A stretch of 64,000 nt of DNA, taken from NCBI GenBank assembly GCA_965240325.2, contig OZ251226.1:186001-250000 (forward strand), in the 5' to 3' direction. The translations under genes were made by a program, and so were the position numbers. The DNA is from Rebecca billardiae RCC1528. Lineage: Eukaryota > Protista > Haptophyta. This document shows positions 33,881 through 45,295 of this stretch, piece after piece. Positions within the stretch are counted from its first letter, which is position 1, and each line of letters starts with the position of its first letter. The notes beneath the pieces were generated by a model. The model did not search any database. It saw only the letters and a program-made list of their open reading frames with translations, and was not told the origin of the DNA.

Positions 33881-35179
33881 ATCGGAAGACTACGTAGTTC
33901 CGCAATCCGCGTACCACCTCCGCAATGGAGTGTGGCCGCCCCGCCGCTGACCAGGCGATGCGCGGGCCGGCGGGGGAGGGGTCGACGCGGGTGCGCGCGG
34001 TGGTGGACGAGACGGCGCGACTCGTCCGCGACGTGTGCGCCTGCATCGACCCGGCCCGCAGCTTCACCGTGGATGTGTGGGTCACTGGCAACGGTGACCT
34101 GCGCTTCAAGGTGTTCGTGTCGGGCAACTCCCCTGGGGACGTGGACGGTGCGGCGACCCCACAGGGCGGGGCTGGGCGTCCGAACAGGAGCCGCGGCCCC
34201 GCCCCCAGCGCACCGGCCCGCGGGCCGGTCCCGCCTCGCAAGGGGGGGGCAGCCACGCCAGTCTCTGGTGTGCCTGGTGCTGCGAAGAGGTCCAAGAGTT
34301 GGAAGAAGAAGCACCGCGCGGACGGCTCGCTGAGGCCGGCTGCGGGTACGCGACGGGTCAATCGTGCTGACAAGGCGCGTGCGGGCCCGACGCCGCAGCT
34401 TCCCAACTCTGGCCCCTTCCGCGAGCTTGCGCCTTCGGCATCGTCGGAGCCGTCGTCGCGGCCGTCCCGCATGTCTTCGGACCGCCAAGAGGCCGGGGGC
34501 TGCCATCACCCTCTGGGTGATGGCGCCCCGGCTGCGGCGTCTGGGCATGAGGGCGCGGCGTCGGCGACGACCGACGAGGTCGTGGGCGCGCTCTTCGCGG
34601 GCCCACTCGTCCCGATGGGGCGTGGGGCCGCGCCTGGCCCTGTTCACAAGGTGTTTGTGTTCGGGGCAGGCGAAGGCTCTGCGCCACAACCGGGGTAGGT
34701 GGGCAGACAGGGGCTGGCGGCAGCCGAGAGGGGCCGCTTTCCCCCGCCCCCGCTGCTTGCGAAGGCGGCGGGGGTGCGCTGCTTGCCTTCGCGGGCGAGC
34801 AGCGCGCAGTTTACGCCGGGCATGTGGACCTGCCCACCCTTCATCTTCCAGTTCTTCCCTTCGGCTGGGGCTCGATCAGTCGACGCGGCGTCGCTCACAG
34901 CGCAGGCAGGTGTTTGGCGTGGCTGCACTCTCGAGGTGGCTGGGATACAACATCCAGGTGCAGCACCCTCCCCGTGTGGTGTCAGAGCGCGCTCTCGAGC
35001 GCGTGCCTCCGAGCGCGGGGCGGCCGCTTGCTGCAATGGCCGCCTCGATGAGGTGCGGCAACGCGCCACTCACCTGCCTGCGCCGGTCTGTTTTGTGGCG
35101 GTGTCTTTGTGCAGTGTTGGATGGCGTTAATCACGCCTTAACCAAGTGATGTGCACGTTAAATCATAGTAAACTGTATG
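33881..35179 (+). mobile_element. Longest copy of dispersed repeat family B (non-autonomous, non-LTR-like); 5' boundary inferred
   Basis: 34979-35177 is homologous to the reverse complement of 57103-57374 and its 3' part to 6403-6446. It is bracketed by the direct repeat tagtaaactgtatg (33867-33880, 35166-35179). Confidence 0.55.
33925..34698 (+). CDS. Hypothetical 257-aa ORF inside the putative family B element
   Basis: ATG-initiated ORF whose N-terminal part looks globular (VVDETARLVRDVCACID...FTVDVWVTGNGDLRFKVFV). No recognised domain. Confidence 0.3.
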   Translation: MECGRPAADQAMRGPAGEGSTRVRAVVDETARLVRDVCACIDPARSFTVDVWVTGNGDLRFKVFVSGNSPGDVDGAATPQGGAGRPNRSRGPAPSAPARGPVPPRKGGAATPVSGVPGAAKRSKSWKKKHRADGSLRPAAGTRRVNRADKARAGPTPQLPNSGPFRELAPSASSEPSSRPSRMSSDRQEAGGCHHPLGDGAPAAASGHEGAASATTDEVVGALFAGPLVPMGRGAAPGPVHKVFVFGAGEGSAPQPG

Positions 35180-35304
35180 TATACAGGTACGACCGCCGTC
35201 CTTTTCCGCTCAGGTCCACCGGCACTACTTCACCCCTCTCGAGCGAAAACTCGTCGTGCGTCGTCGTGTCCCGGCCGAGACCTGAGCGCCGGTGCGTAGC
35301 AGCC

Positions 35305-35694
35305 ATGGTGTCCGTCCCTTTCTTCCTGCGTACGATGCAGCGCATCCCGAGCACCGGCCTCACGCTCTTCGACGCGTGCTGCTGCTCGAACACGTACATC
35401 TTCACGGACACGCCTGGCTGCCTTGGCTGCCAGTGCAACGGCAAGGTGTGCTGCCTTGAAGGAGCGTGCTGCCTCAAGCAGAACGTGCCCAAAATGGCGT
35501 GCCTGTGCTGCGAGGCGCAGTTCGGCCCGCTCTCCACGTGCATCCAGGGCCAGGTGCAGACCTTCTGCTGCGTGCAGGAGTGCTCGATGCCGCCGGGCCG
35601 GGACACGCCCATCCAGTTTGCGAAGCTCTTCGTCGTCTGCTATCCGACTGTGGGCATCTGCAAGCCGCAGATTCAGATTCAGCTCCGCGTTTGA
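35305..35694 (+). CDS. Small cysteine-rich protein (129 aa), unknown function
   Basis: GC3-rich ORF with many CC/CxC motifs (DACCC, GCLGCQC, VCCLEGACC, CLCC, FCC). Confidence 0.8.
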   Translation: MVSVPFFLRTMQRIPSTGLTLFDACCCSNTYIFTDTPGCLGCQCNGKVCCLEGACCLKQNVPKMACLCCEAQFGPLSTCIQGQVQTFCCVQECSMPPGRDTPIQFAKLFVVCYPTVGICKPQIQIQLRV

Positions 35695-36222
35695 GGGGCG
35701 GTTCGGGCGCGCGCTGGCGCGATGCGTGGGGCTCCTGCCGGCGGCGCGGCGAGTATGAGCACATGCGGGCGTGGAAGCTTTCGTGTCTCTGTGCGGCCGA
35801 CGCAGGCCGCCGGCCCGTGCCAGCTCATGGCTGCGGCCGGCTGGCCTGCCACGGCCGGGCACTTGGCAGACCCGCTGAGATGGGCACAGCCTACCACCAT
35901 CGATCAGGATGGATCGCGACGCTGCTGACCCAACACATGCCAGCGTGTCAGATGCTCCTCACCGGGCCGAACTTGGCCTGCGGTGGGTGAGTGGGTCGCC
36001 CGGAGCCCCGGCCCGGCCGGCGGATGACGATCGCCTCGGATCAATGTGACGGGCTGACACTGCTGCTGCCTGCTGCGCTATCCGGAATCATGCGCCGCTG
36101 ATGATGATGATGAGTGATGGCTGACAGTGGCTGGGGCGGCTAATGCCATGAGAATATATATATATATATATAATACAATGTCTATAGTGACATTAATTAA
36201 TTAAAAATAAATGATCGGCCCG

Positions 36223-36226
<4 letters not shown>

Positions 36227-36313
<87 letters not shown>
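36227..36313. repeat. (TA)n microsatellite
   Basis: Visible tract. Confidence 0.97.
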
Positions 36314-36319
<6 letters not shown>

Positions 36320-36537
36320 CCTTTTGCTGAGTCGTCATAGTGACGACTAGAATACTACCGCCGCCTGCGCGGCAGGCGCCAGGCGGCGGCCCGACTGAGT
36401 CGACGGGGATGGGCTTCGTCTTCGACGACTTCGTGATGTGAGTTGATGTCACGTGGCGTCATCAGAAGACGAAGTCGTATTAAGCCACGCGACGACTGCC
36501 ACGATGCCATGGGCGGCATGGGCCGCTGCCACGCCTT

Positions 36538-39500
36538 TCAGTGCTGCGCAGACTTGAAGCCAAAGCGAGTCTTCATGTTGCTGCTCGGCCGCGAGGACGA
36601 GGGCTGGTGCCCGTCGGCGGGCGTCGCTGGGCCTGGTGGCCCTTCCCCGCCGCCGCCCGCGGACGCCGTCGCGGCCGCGCCGCCCGTGCTGCCGCGCGCG
36701 CCTCGCGTGCTCGACGACGAGCGCGTGTCGCGCGCCGCCGAGCCGCGGGCTGAGCCCGCGCGCGGCGAGGGCTCGGCCGGCCGCGCCGGCTCCGCGAGCG
36801 GCGGCGGCGTCCAGTCCTCGCGCAGCTCGTCGGCGAGCACGGAGCGCAGCCTGCGGTACGACGCGCCCGCCGCCTCGCCGCGCGGCATCTGCGCGAACGT
36901 CTCCTCAGGGATGGCGACGGGCACCGCGTCGGTGGCGAGCCGGCCCCAGTCGGCCGCGTGCTGCGAGGCGGACGAGCCCGCCGAGCCGAGGTGCGAGGGC
37001 GAGCGCCCCGCGCCGCCACCGAACCGCTCGGCAGTCCCAGCAGACACGGACGCGGCCGAGCGCGCGGGCGACGCGAGCGGACCGCCGCCGCGCGCGGGCG
37101 TGCGCAGCGCCGCGCCGTACGTGTGCCCGTTGGTGTGCGTGGGCGGCAGGTCCTTGAGCTCCGTGTACGTGCGGCCGCGGAGCTGCGAGTGCAGCAGCGC
37201 CGGCAGCGCCCACACGCAGCTGAGCACGCCGAGCAGCCACGCGCACGCGCGCGCGCACGCGAGCAGCGCCGCGGCGCACAGCGCGAGGCACGCCGCGGCC
37301 GGCCACACAGTGCACAGGTAAAGGGCTGTGCCCGCGCGCAGCTGCGAGCGGCGCGCGGCGGGCAGCAGCAGCCGCCCCGGCAGCGGCGCGCCGTCCGCCG
37401 TGCCCAGCATGATCGCCTCGTCCGCCTCCTCGCCGGTGAGCGCGTCGAGGTACCCGCCGCCGTACGCCTCGCCCTCGTGCTGCGCGTACTCGCCCTGGAA
37501 GTGCGCGCTCCCGCCGTGGGCGCCGCCGTACGAGACTGGAGAGTCTGCGCCCGCGTGCTCCGCGCCGCCGCGCGAGCGCTGCGCGGCGAGCCGCGCCAGC
37601 CGGCGGAGGCCCTCGAGGAGCGCGTACAGCTGCGCGCGCGCGCGCGCGCCGGGCGGGGCGGCGGGGGCGCGCGGCACGTGGCGGCGGCGCGGCGGGGTGC
37701 GCTCAGGCGGGCGGCGCGCGCGCACGGCGCGCGCGCGCGCTGGCGCGGCGCGCGCACGCGGCGCGCGCGGCGCGCGCCGCGCGCACCAGCGCGTGCGGCG
37801 TCGCGAGCGGCGGCGGCAGCTGGCAGCTCTGGCGGCGTGCGCGGCGCCACACCGCCGCGGCGCGGCCGTACAGGAACGCGCGGTGCCCCGCCTCGCGCGC
37901 GCGCGCGTACTCGCCCGCCAGCGCCGCCACGAGCAGGTGCGCGAGCGCGAGCGTCGAGCAGCACACCCACGCGCCGAGCAGCGCGCGCCCACGCACCGCC
38001 AGCCTCGGCGCGGCGAGCGCGACGGCGGAGAAGGTGTCGTCCGAGGCGCGCGCGGCGTCGAGCGGGTACTCCTCGGCGAAGGCGGTGGCGTCGAACGCCG
38101 CCGCGCGCAGCAGCACGCCCGCCGACTCGGCCAGCACGTCGAGCACCGCCGAGCCCGCCTCGAGATCGTCCAGCCACAGCGTGAGCGGCGCGCGCGCGGC
38201 GTGCGTCGGCGCGCCCAGCGTGCGCACCTCGAGCACGGAGGCGGGCGGGGCGAAGGCGGCGAGCAGGGCGACGAAGAGCGCGAGCAGGCCGAGCCACGCG
38301 AGCAGCACCGGCCGCGCGCGCGCGCCCAGCTCGCCCACCGTGTGCACGAACGGCCCGACCGCCGGCGCGAACCTCAGCCAGCCTGCAACGCGTCCGAGGG
38401 TGAGCGCGAGCGCGCACGCGCCCAGCGTCTCGTAGGCCGAGTCACACGCGCCCGCCCACGCGCCGTCGGGGGCGGGGGGCAGCCCGGCCGTGCCGAGGTG
38501 GAAGCGCGCGGCGAGCTCGGAGAAGTGCGTGCCCGCGAGCGCGGCCGGCGCCTCGCCCCCCGCCCCGCCGCCGCCGCCGCCCGCCGGCGCGCCGCCCCGC
38601 GCGAGCCGCAGCCGCAGCAGCGCGGTCGCGCTCAGCGCCGCGAGCAGCAGCAGCTCGGCCGCGCGCCCTGCGGCATACGCGGACGCGCGCGGGCCTCGCT
38701 CGCGGAGCGCGAGCTCGAAGAGCGCGAGGTCGGCGACGAAGTAGAGCAGCAGCCCCTCCAGCGGCGTGAGCGGCGCGTGCACCCCCTCGCCCGTCGCGGC
38801 GAGCGCGAGGCAGCCCAGCGCGAACGCCAAGAAGCCCGCCGCCTCCAGTCCGAGCGCGCCGGCGGTCGAGGCGACGACAGCGGGCGGGAAGCGCGCGAGG
38901 AGGAGGAGGAGCCGGGGGTAGCGGAGCTCGAGGGGCGCGGGCTCGGGCTCGGCGTGCGCGCCGCGGAAAGCGGCGTGGCTCGGGACGTGCAGCGCCAGCG
39001 TGCGCCCGCCCACCGCCCACGCGCGCAGCCAGAGCACACGCGTCGCCGCGCGCCAGTGCCGCGCCGCGTGCGCGCGCGAGCGCGCGCCGCCGCGCGCGCC
39101 GCGCGGCGCGGGCGAGGGCGGCGGTCCGAGCGCGAGCGCATACGAGATGCGGCCGCGGCGCACCGCCTCGTCCCACCCGCGCGCGAGCGCGTCGACGCGC
39201 GCGAGCGCGTCCCCGTGGAACAGCCGCGCCACGTGCTCGACCACGCGCGCGTGCGAGCAGAAAGGCGTGTCTCCAAACTCGATGGCCGCGCCCATCGCGC
39301 ACAGGCCGCCCCACTCGGCGGCGCCGGCCGGCGGCGCGTGCTCCAGGCTCGCGCCGAGCATGTCGTCGAAGAGCGTGAGGCTCGCGCGCGTCTCGGCCGC
39401 CGCGGCGCCGCCGCCGGCGAAGAGCGAGCCGCCCGCCGCGCCGCGCGCGCCGCCGTACGCCAGCCCCAGGTCGGCGCCGCCCAGCCCGAGCCCGGCCAGC

Positions 39501-39701
39501 CCGCTGAGGTCGTCCGAGGTGACAGAGTGCGGGCCGATCGACTGCCTGTCCGCTTCGGGCGGCAGCAGCTGCGCGGCGTGCGCGGGCGGGCGCGGCGTGC
39601 ACGCGGCGCGGCCCGCGGAGCCCGGCGGCGCGCCGCCGTACGCGCCGTACCCGCCGCCGCCGCCCGGCAGCTCGAAGGCGTCGAGGTGGATCCGCGCGGA
39701 C

Positions 39702-39761
<60 letters not shown>

Positions 39762-41290
39762 GCGGCACTCGGCGGCCGCAGGCCTGGTGGCAGCTGCGCA
39801 GGCATCGAGGTGCGGCCGGCGGCGCGCGCGGCGGCGGAGCCCGCGCGCACGTCCACGCCGAGCGTGCGCGCCACGTCCGCCTCCGCCGTGCGCCGCAGCA
39901 AGTCGACGGCGAGCGCCGAGAAGGCCGCCGCGGCCGCGCGCAGCCGCGCCGCCTCGTCTGGCAGCGGCGCGAGCCGCGCGGCGCGCCGCAGCGCGTGCGC
40001 CGAGTGCAGGGCGAGCAGCTCGGCGCGCGGCGAGACGGCGACGGCGCGCAGCATGATCGCGTTCGCCGCGCGCAGGCCCAGCCGCAGCGGCAGCCCCTCG
40101 AACGCGCCGCGCGCCGCCTCCGACAGCGGCGCCGCGCCGCACGCCAGCAGCAGCTCGCACACGCCCGTGCCCATGTGCGCGGTGAGCTCGAGCGCGAGCC
40201 TCAGCGCGCGCTCGCGCGCGCGCGCGCCCGCGTGCGGGTTGAGCACGGCGATGCGCGCGGCGACGGTGTGCCACGGCGTGGTGAGCGCGTGGTACACGTT
40301 CGCCACCAGCGCCGCGTCCACCGCGCGCGCGCGCACGCGCGGCAGCAGCGCGGACACCGACGGCGCGTCGTGGTTGGCGTTTGCGCCGAGGAACGCCGCC
40401 TCCACCGTCGGCCGGTGCGACACGTGCTGCGCGAGGAAGGCGAGGACGGCGGGCATGCCGCCGTCGCGGGAGGGCGCGCTCGCGACGTCGAGCAGCGTCT
40501 CGGTGCACACCCGCGCGCGCTCCGCCGCCGTCACGCGCGCCAGCGCCTTCGAGACCACGCCGGCGCCGGCCGGGCGGTCGGCCGCCAGCCTCAGGCCGAT
40601 CCGCCAGCCGTTGCGGTCGACAGCGAGCGCCGACTCTGCGGGCAGCTCGCGCGCCTCGGCGACGGCGAGGCACAGGCCGACGTTCGCCTCGGTCGTGCGC
40701 GACAGCTTCCCCGCGAACAGCCCCTTCAGCTGCTCGCGGTACAGCGCGAGCAGCAGCTCCGACTTGAGCGGCGCGCCGCGCGGCCGCTCGGCCATCGCGA
40801 TCGCCTCAATCATGCCCTCGAGGGCCGCCGAGCACGCGTCGGGCTGGTTGGAGCGGACGAGGGTGGAGAGCACGGCGAGCCGCGCGGGCAGCTCGGACTC
40901 GCGCGACGAGCCGTGCGCCGCGACGTACGCGCCCACCAGCTGCGCCGCGCACGCGAGCAGCGCCTCCTCGGTGAGCGAGGGCGAGAGCGTCTCCACGATC
41001 AGCCCGACCGCGTCGGCCGCGTTGGCCTTGATGGCGTCGGAGGCGGCGAACGCGCGGCCCTGCTCGTCGACGTTCGTGCCGAGCAGCATGCGCACCATGT
41101 CCACCGCGTTCCGCCTCGCCGCGCTCCGCAGCAGCCGCCGCTTGCCCGCGGCCGTCGGCTCGGGCTTGGCGCGCAGCGCCCGGCCGAGCGCCTGCAGGTC
41201 GTTCGCCTCGACGGCCTGGAGGGCGAGGGCGTCCGTGCGGTTGCCGTGGGGCAGGGCGGTGGCCCCACTGTCAAGCGTCGCCGCGCTCAT
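36538..41290 (-). CDS. TRP-like cation channel (degenerate N-terminal ankyrin-like repeats, TM region, TRP-domain-like segment); 2 exons
   Basis: S4-S5-like GRVAGWLRFAPAVGPFVHTVGEL...VLLAWLGLLALFVALL; S6/TRP-domain-like HLLVAALAGEY...AFLYGRA...LPPPL; N-terminal ALQAVEANDLQAL and LLRSAARRNAVDMVRMLL. A GT-AG intron at 37786-37630 is in frame. Confidence 0.68.
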
Positions 41291-41691
41291 CGCGCCGCCG
41301 CGGGCCGCAAGGGGCGTCGAGCCGGGCAGCGCCAAGCCGGGGCTGCCCACCGCCGCCAAGCAGCCGATGATCTGCTTTGCCGGCTTTGCTCGCCGCCCAC
41401 CGAGCTTTCCAAAAAGCTGCTGCTTTGAGAGCCTTTTGAAAGCAAGCAGCCGAGTGCCCGCTCGCCGGCCGGCAAGGAGGCCAACAGGAGAACTCGCGCG
41501 ACGGGGATCGCGCGTCCCCCGGGCGGCGTCGACTTCGCTCACCTTCCGGTTTGGATCTACGATCCCGGCCGGACGGGGAGGCACCCTCCTCCGCTCGCCG
41601 CGCCGCCATCGCGAGATCCCGACAAGGCGCAAACCGCTGCTCTTGCTCTCCCCATCCCCGCGAGCCGCTCGCGGGCGCGCCCTTTGTGAAG

Positions 41692-42810
41692 ATGGCGGCG
41701 GCGGCGCGAGCCGCGTGCTCCGCCGCGCTCGCGCTGCTCCTGGCGACGGGCGCGGTGGGCAGCTCGCATGGCTGCGCGTACGACTTTGAGATCCTCAAGG
41801 TCGGCTCCCGGCTCAACCTGAAGGGCGACCTCAACGGCCACCCCCTGCACATGAAGCACAGCGGCGACCGGCCAACGCCGTCAGGCATCCTCGCGCTCAC
41901 GCTGAGCAAGTGCCCGCACGGCGGGATCGATCTGGTGACGCTGCAGCACTTTGAGTACACGTTCCACTCGAAGGGCACGCTCTCCGTGCACCCGCTCTCG
42001 AACGTCGAGGTGTGCGCGGCGGCATGTGCGCTCGCGGCCCGTGCGCGCGCGCGCGCGCGTGCGCACGGCTCACGCGGCGCGCGCCTCGCTCGGTCGCAGG
42101 TGAAGGCTGGGCCGGTGACCGTGCACGTGTCGGGGCTGCAGCTCGGCCTGAACGGCACGCAGGTGGTGCAGGTGCAGGGCTCGTACTTCAACACCGTGCT
42201 CAACATGGAGGTGCGCTCCGGGATCGGCTCCGCGCTCGGCCACTCGTATGACCTGAGCGGCTCGACGGCCAAGGTGCCGATGAAGGGGTACTTCGCGTAC
42301 GACGGGCTGTCGGGCGACATCACGTTCCACGTGTACGACTTCTCCGCGCCGTTCATCATCGACCTCCCCGAGGTGCACGGCCAGTTCACGGTGTACGGCT
42401 CGCTCACCGCGCTGCACCTCGGCGACGGCGTCCAGCTGGGCGCCGAGCCGGCAGCGGCGGCGCAGCCGGGGGCGCTCGGTGGCGGGAGGGGGCGTGCGCG
42501 CGGCTCGGGATTGGGCACGATGGCGGCTCTCGGCGCGTTGTGCGCCGCGGCGGTGGTCGGCGTCAGCGCGCTGGTCGCGCGCGCTGCGCGCCACGTGAGG
42601 CTCGCGCGCCACCAGCCCGCGCTCGAGCCCGCCGCGCCGGTCGGCGCAGCCCGCAGCCGTGCGCTGCTGCCAGGCGCGGTGCCGCGATCGGACGCCGCTG
42701 CGGACGAGGCCGGCGCGGCAGGTGGTGCTGGGCCGGCGTCCACGCCGGCAGGTGCAGCGGGCGGCGGCGCCGACGTGGCGGCGGGCGGCGAGGGAGGCGG
42801 GCAGCGCTGA
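41692..42810 (+). CDS. Type I membrane protein of unknown function (signal peptide, beta-rich ectodomain, one TM); 2 exons
   Basis: MAAAARAACSAALALLLATGAVG signal; in-frame 90-bp GT-AG intron 42010-42099; TM-like LGTMAALGALCAAAVVGVSALVA. Confidence 0.7.
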   Translation: MAAAARAACSAALALLLATGAVGSSHGCAYDFEILKVGSRLNLKGDLNGHPLHMKHSGDRPTPSGILALTLSKCPHGGIDLVTLQHFEYTFHSKGTLSVHPLSNVEVCAAACALAARARARARAHGSRGARLARSQVKAGPVTVHVSGLQLGLNGTQVVQVQGSYFNTVLNMEVRSGIGSALGHSYDLSGSTAKVPMKGYFAYDGLSGDITFHVYDFSAPFIIDLPEVHGQFTVYGSLTALHLGDGVQLGAEPAAAAQPGALGGGRGRARGSGLGTMAALGALCAAAVVGVSALVARAARHVRLARHQPALEPAAPVGAARSRALLPGAVPRSDAAADEAGAAGGAGPASTPAGAAGGGADVAAGGEGGGQR

Positions 42811-43838
42811 CGTTCTCGAGCTAGCGGCGCCTTGGCGTCGCGCTCGTGCTGCTGCTGCAGCATTGTCAGTCGTGCGTGATCGCGAGCAGCAAGCTGAAGC
42901 GCGTCCCCGACTCCCGCCTCGTCGCGCTCTCGTGCGTCGTGAGCCTCCTCGCGCTCGGCTTCAACCTGCTGCAGTGGACGTACGACATGCGGATGTGACG
43001 CTTCGTCGTGGGGCAGGCGTGGTGCTTCATCGCGCTTCTCGAAGCTCACGCAAGCGTCGAGGCTGCAGGGGCGGCTGCCGCCGCTCATGTCCTCCACCGC
43101 CTCCGTCGGCGCCGTCATCGGCCCGCTCTACCTCTCGGCGACGCTCAGCACGCCGACGGCCGCTGGGCCGGTCGCACGGCGCAAGTTGCGCTGCTCCTGG
43201 GCGCGCTGCTGCTGTGTGGGCGCGCTCACGGATGGGTGCCGCGTGGGCATCGGCGTCGCCCGCCTGCGAGGGGCCCGCGACAGCGGCGGGCATCGCCTGC
43301 CATGAGCAGACTGTAGAATGCGCGGCGGTAGACGAGTCGCCGCGCCGGGCGTAATCGCGATGACGCGACGGTGAGGACCATGCGACAGTCCAGAAGGCAG
43401 AACTACTCTGTACTCATGAAGACCTCACGTCTCACGACGTGAATGCCAGGTCTGCCAGCGGTTACGAGTATGCAAGATACGGTCGTAAACGGCTATCTCC
43501 CTTGGTTAATGCGGGTGTTTTGCCACATCGAATCGTCATGATCTAATATGAATCCATTGCAATTCAGGCTCCCATATTCATTATGATATCCACTTGCCCC
43601 TGGTTCACCCGGGCGTGCTACGTCAATAAACAAACGGTTCCAGGCCTGGTCAGGAGTGGACGGCTCATGATCCAAGCTCATCCCCGACGGCGGCTAATTC
43701 AATCTAGCTACGACCAGAATGAGAGGCCCTCTGCTTGATGGCTTTTCAGCTTGACCCTTCGGCTGGTCACCCGTGTCCTTCCCAAAGGACACATCCGCCA
43801 AGGCCTCTTGGGCGTGAGGCTCCAGGCTTGGGCGGCGC

Positions 43839-45295
43839 ATGTCCCTCACAGAGTCGCCTGCGGTCGTCCACGGGCTGGGAGCGGGCCCCTCGCATGCGGC
43901 CAATCACGCCGACGCGCAGCGCCCGCTCCGGCTGCACCCGCTGGATCACATTGTCGCCGGGCACACGGTGCAGGGCAAGGACGCCATGCTGGGCGCCGAC
44001 GGCCGGCTGTACAAGCCGGTGCAGGTGCGCGCGCATGCGCGGCCATGCGCGGCAAGCGCTCGCGTTTGTTTCACGCGCGCTGTCCGGCTGCGCCTGACGC
44101 GGCCAGGCCGCGACTTGACGCGGCGCGCGCGCGTGCACAAGACCCGGCTCACCATGCACGGCCCTTCGTGCCCCGCGCGCGCGCAGAAAGGGGAGAAGGG
44201 ACAGCGCGAGGTGAAATTCTACGAGCGCACGGGCCTGCTCTGCCCCGCGCTTCACCCGTTCCTCCCCGCGTACTACGGCACGCTGGAGTACGACACGCGC
44301 CAGTACCTCGCGCTCGAGGACATTGCCGTGCAATTCCGCGAGCCGTGCGTGCTCGACCTCAAGATGGGCGTGCGCACGTACGAGCCGACGGCGTCGGCGG
44401 AGAAGGTGGCGTCCGAGCTGACGAAGGGGCCGCACCAGGAGCAGATCGGCTTCCGCCCGTGCGGCATGCGCGTGTACGGCACCGTCAGCGGCAAGTACAC
44501 CTTCAGAAGTAAGCGCTGGGGCCAGTCGATTGAGCCCGGCACCGCGCACTCGATGCTCGCAGAGTTCATGCGCGACGACACGGCCGAGCGCACGGTGCGC
44601 CGGATCGAGCGCGTGGTGCCCGCGCTGGTGCTGCGGCTGCGCGCGCTGGAGCGGACGCTCGAGCAGCTCGTCGGGCTGCGCTTCTACGCCTCCTCGATCA
44701 TTCTGGTCTTCGAGGGCACCCCCGAGCACGGCGGCGCGGCCGTGCGGCCGAGCTCGCCGCCGAGGCGCGCTGGCGCGCCGCACGCCGGCGACGCGGCGCT
44801 GGGTCCGCGCGCCCTCGTGGACGTGCGGATGGTCGACTTTGCGCACTGGGTACGCGCCGCGCAGCCTCAGCCTGCCCGCCGCCACCTCCACGCCCGGGCG
44901 CTCCAGCCAGCTGACTTGCGTGCCGCCCCGTGCATGCCCGCGCCGCCACTCCGCCCGCCTCTTTCTGTGCGCAGGTGCGCGTCGACGAGCCCGGGCCAGA
45001 CGAGGGCTACCTCGCCGGGCTGCGCAATGTGATTGGGTATCTTGAGCACATACTTAGCGCGCGAGGGACGATAGCCACGCACCTCGAGATGAGCGTGCCG
45101 GAGGGTCCGAGATTCGTGCCTGGGGCCGTGCCTCCATTCGAGCGCGATTCGCAGTCGCAGTCGTCGCGCTGCGGCTCCGAGCCTGACGAGGGCGACCAGC
45201 CGGAGTCAGCTGAGCATCGCGCACCGTCACACCCAGCGGCAGCGGCCCACGCCTCGGGAAGTGTCGGCGGCGCGGGCCGTGGAGCAGGCGCATGA
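43839..45295 (+). CDS. Inositol polyphosphate kinase (IPK/IPMK/IP6K family); 3 exons
   Basis: VAGH, YKP, EVKFYE, PAYYG, YLALED, PCVLDLKMG (PxxxDxKxG), FYASSIIL, MVDFAH, DEGYLAGL. Introns 44025-44186 and 44850-44974. Confidence 0.92.

Noticed and set aside
33867-35179. tagtaaactgtatg as a simple target-site duplication
   Set aside because: The same motif is part of the family B copies at 6436-6446 and 57103-57113, so it belongs to the element end rather than being a random target.
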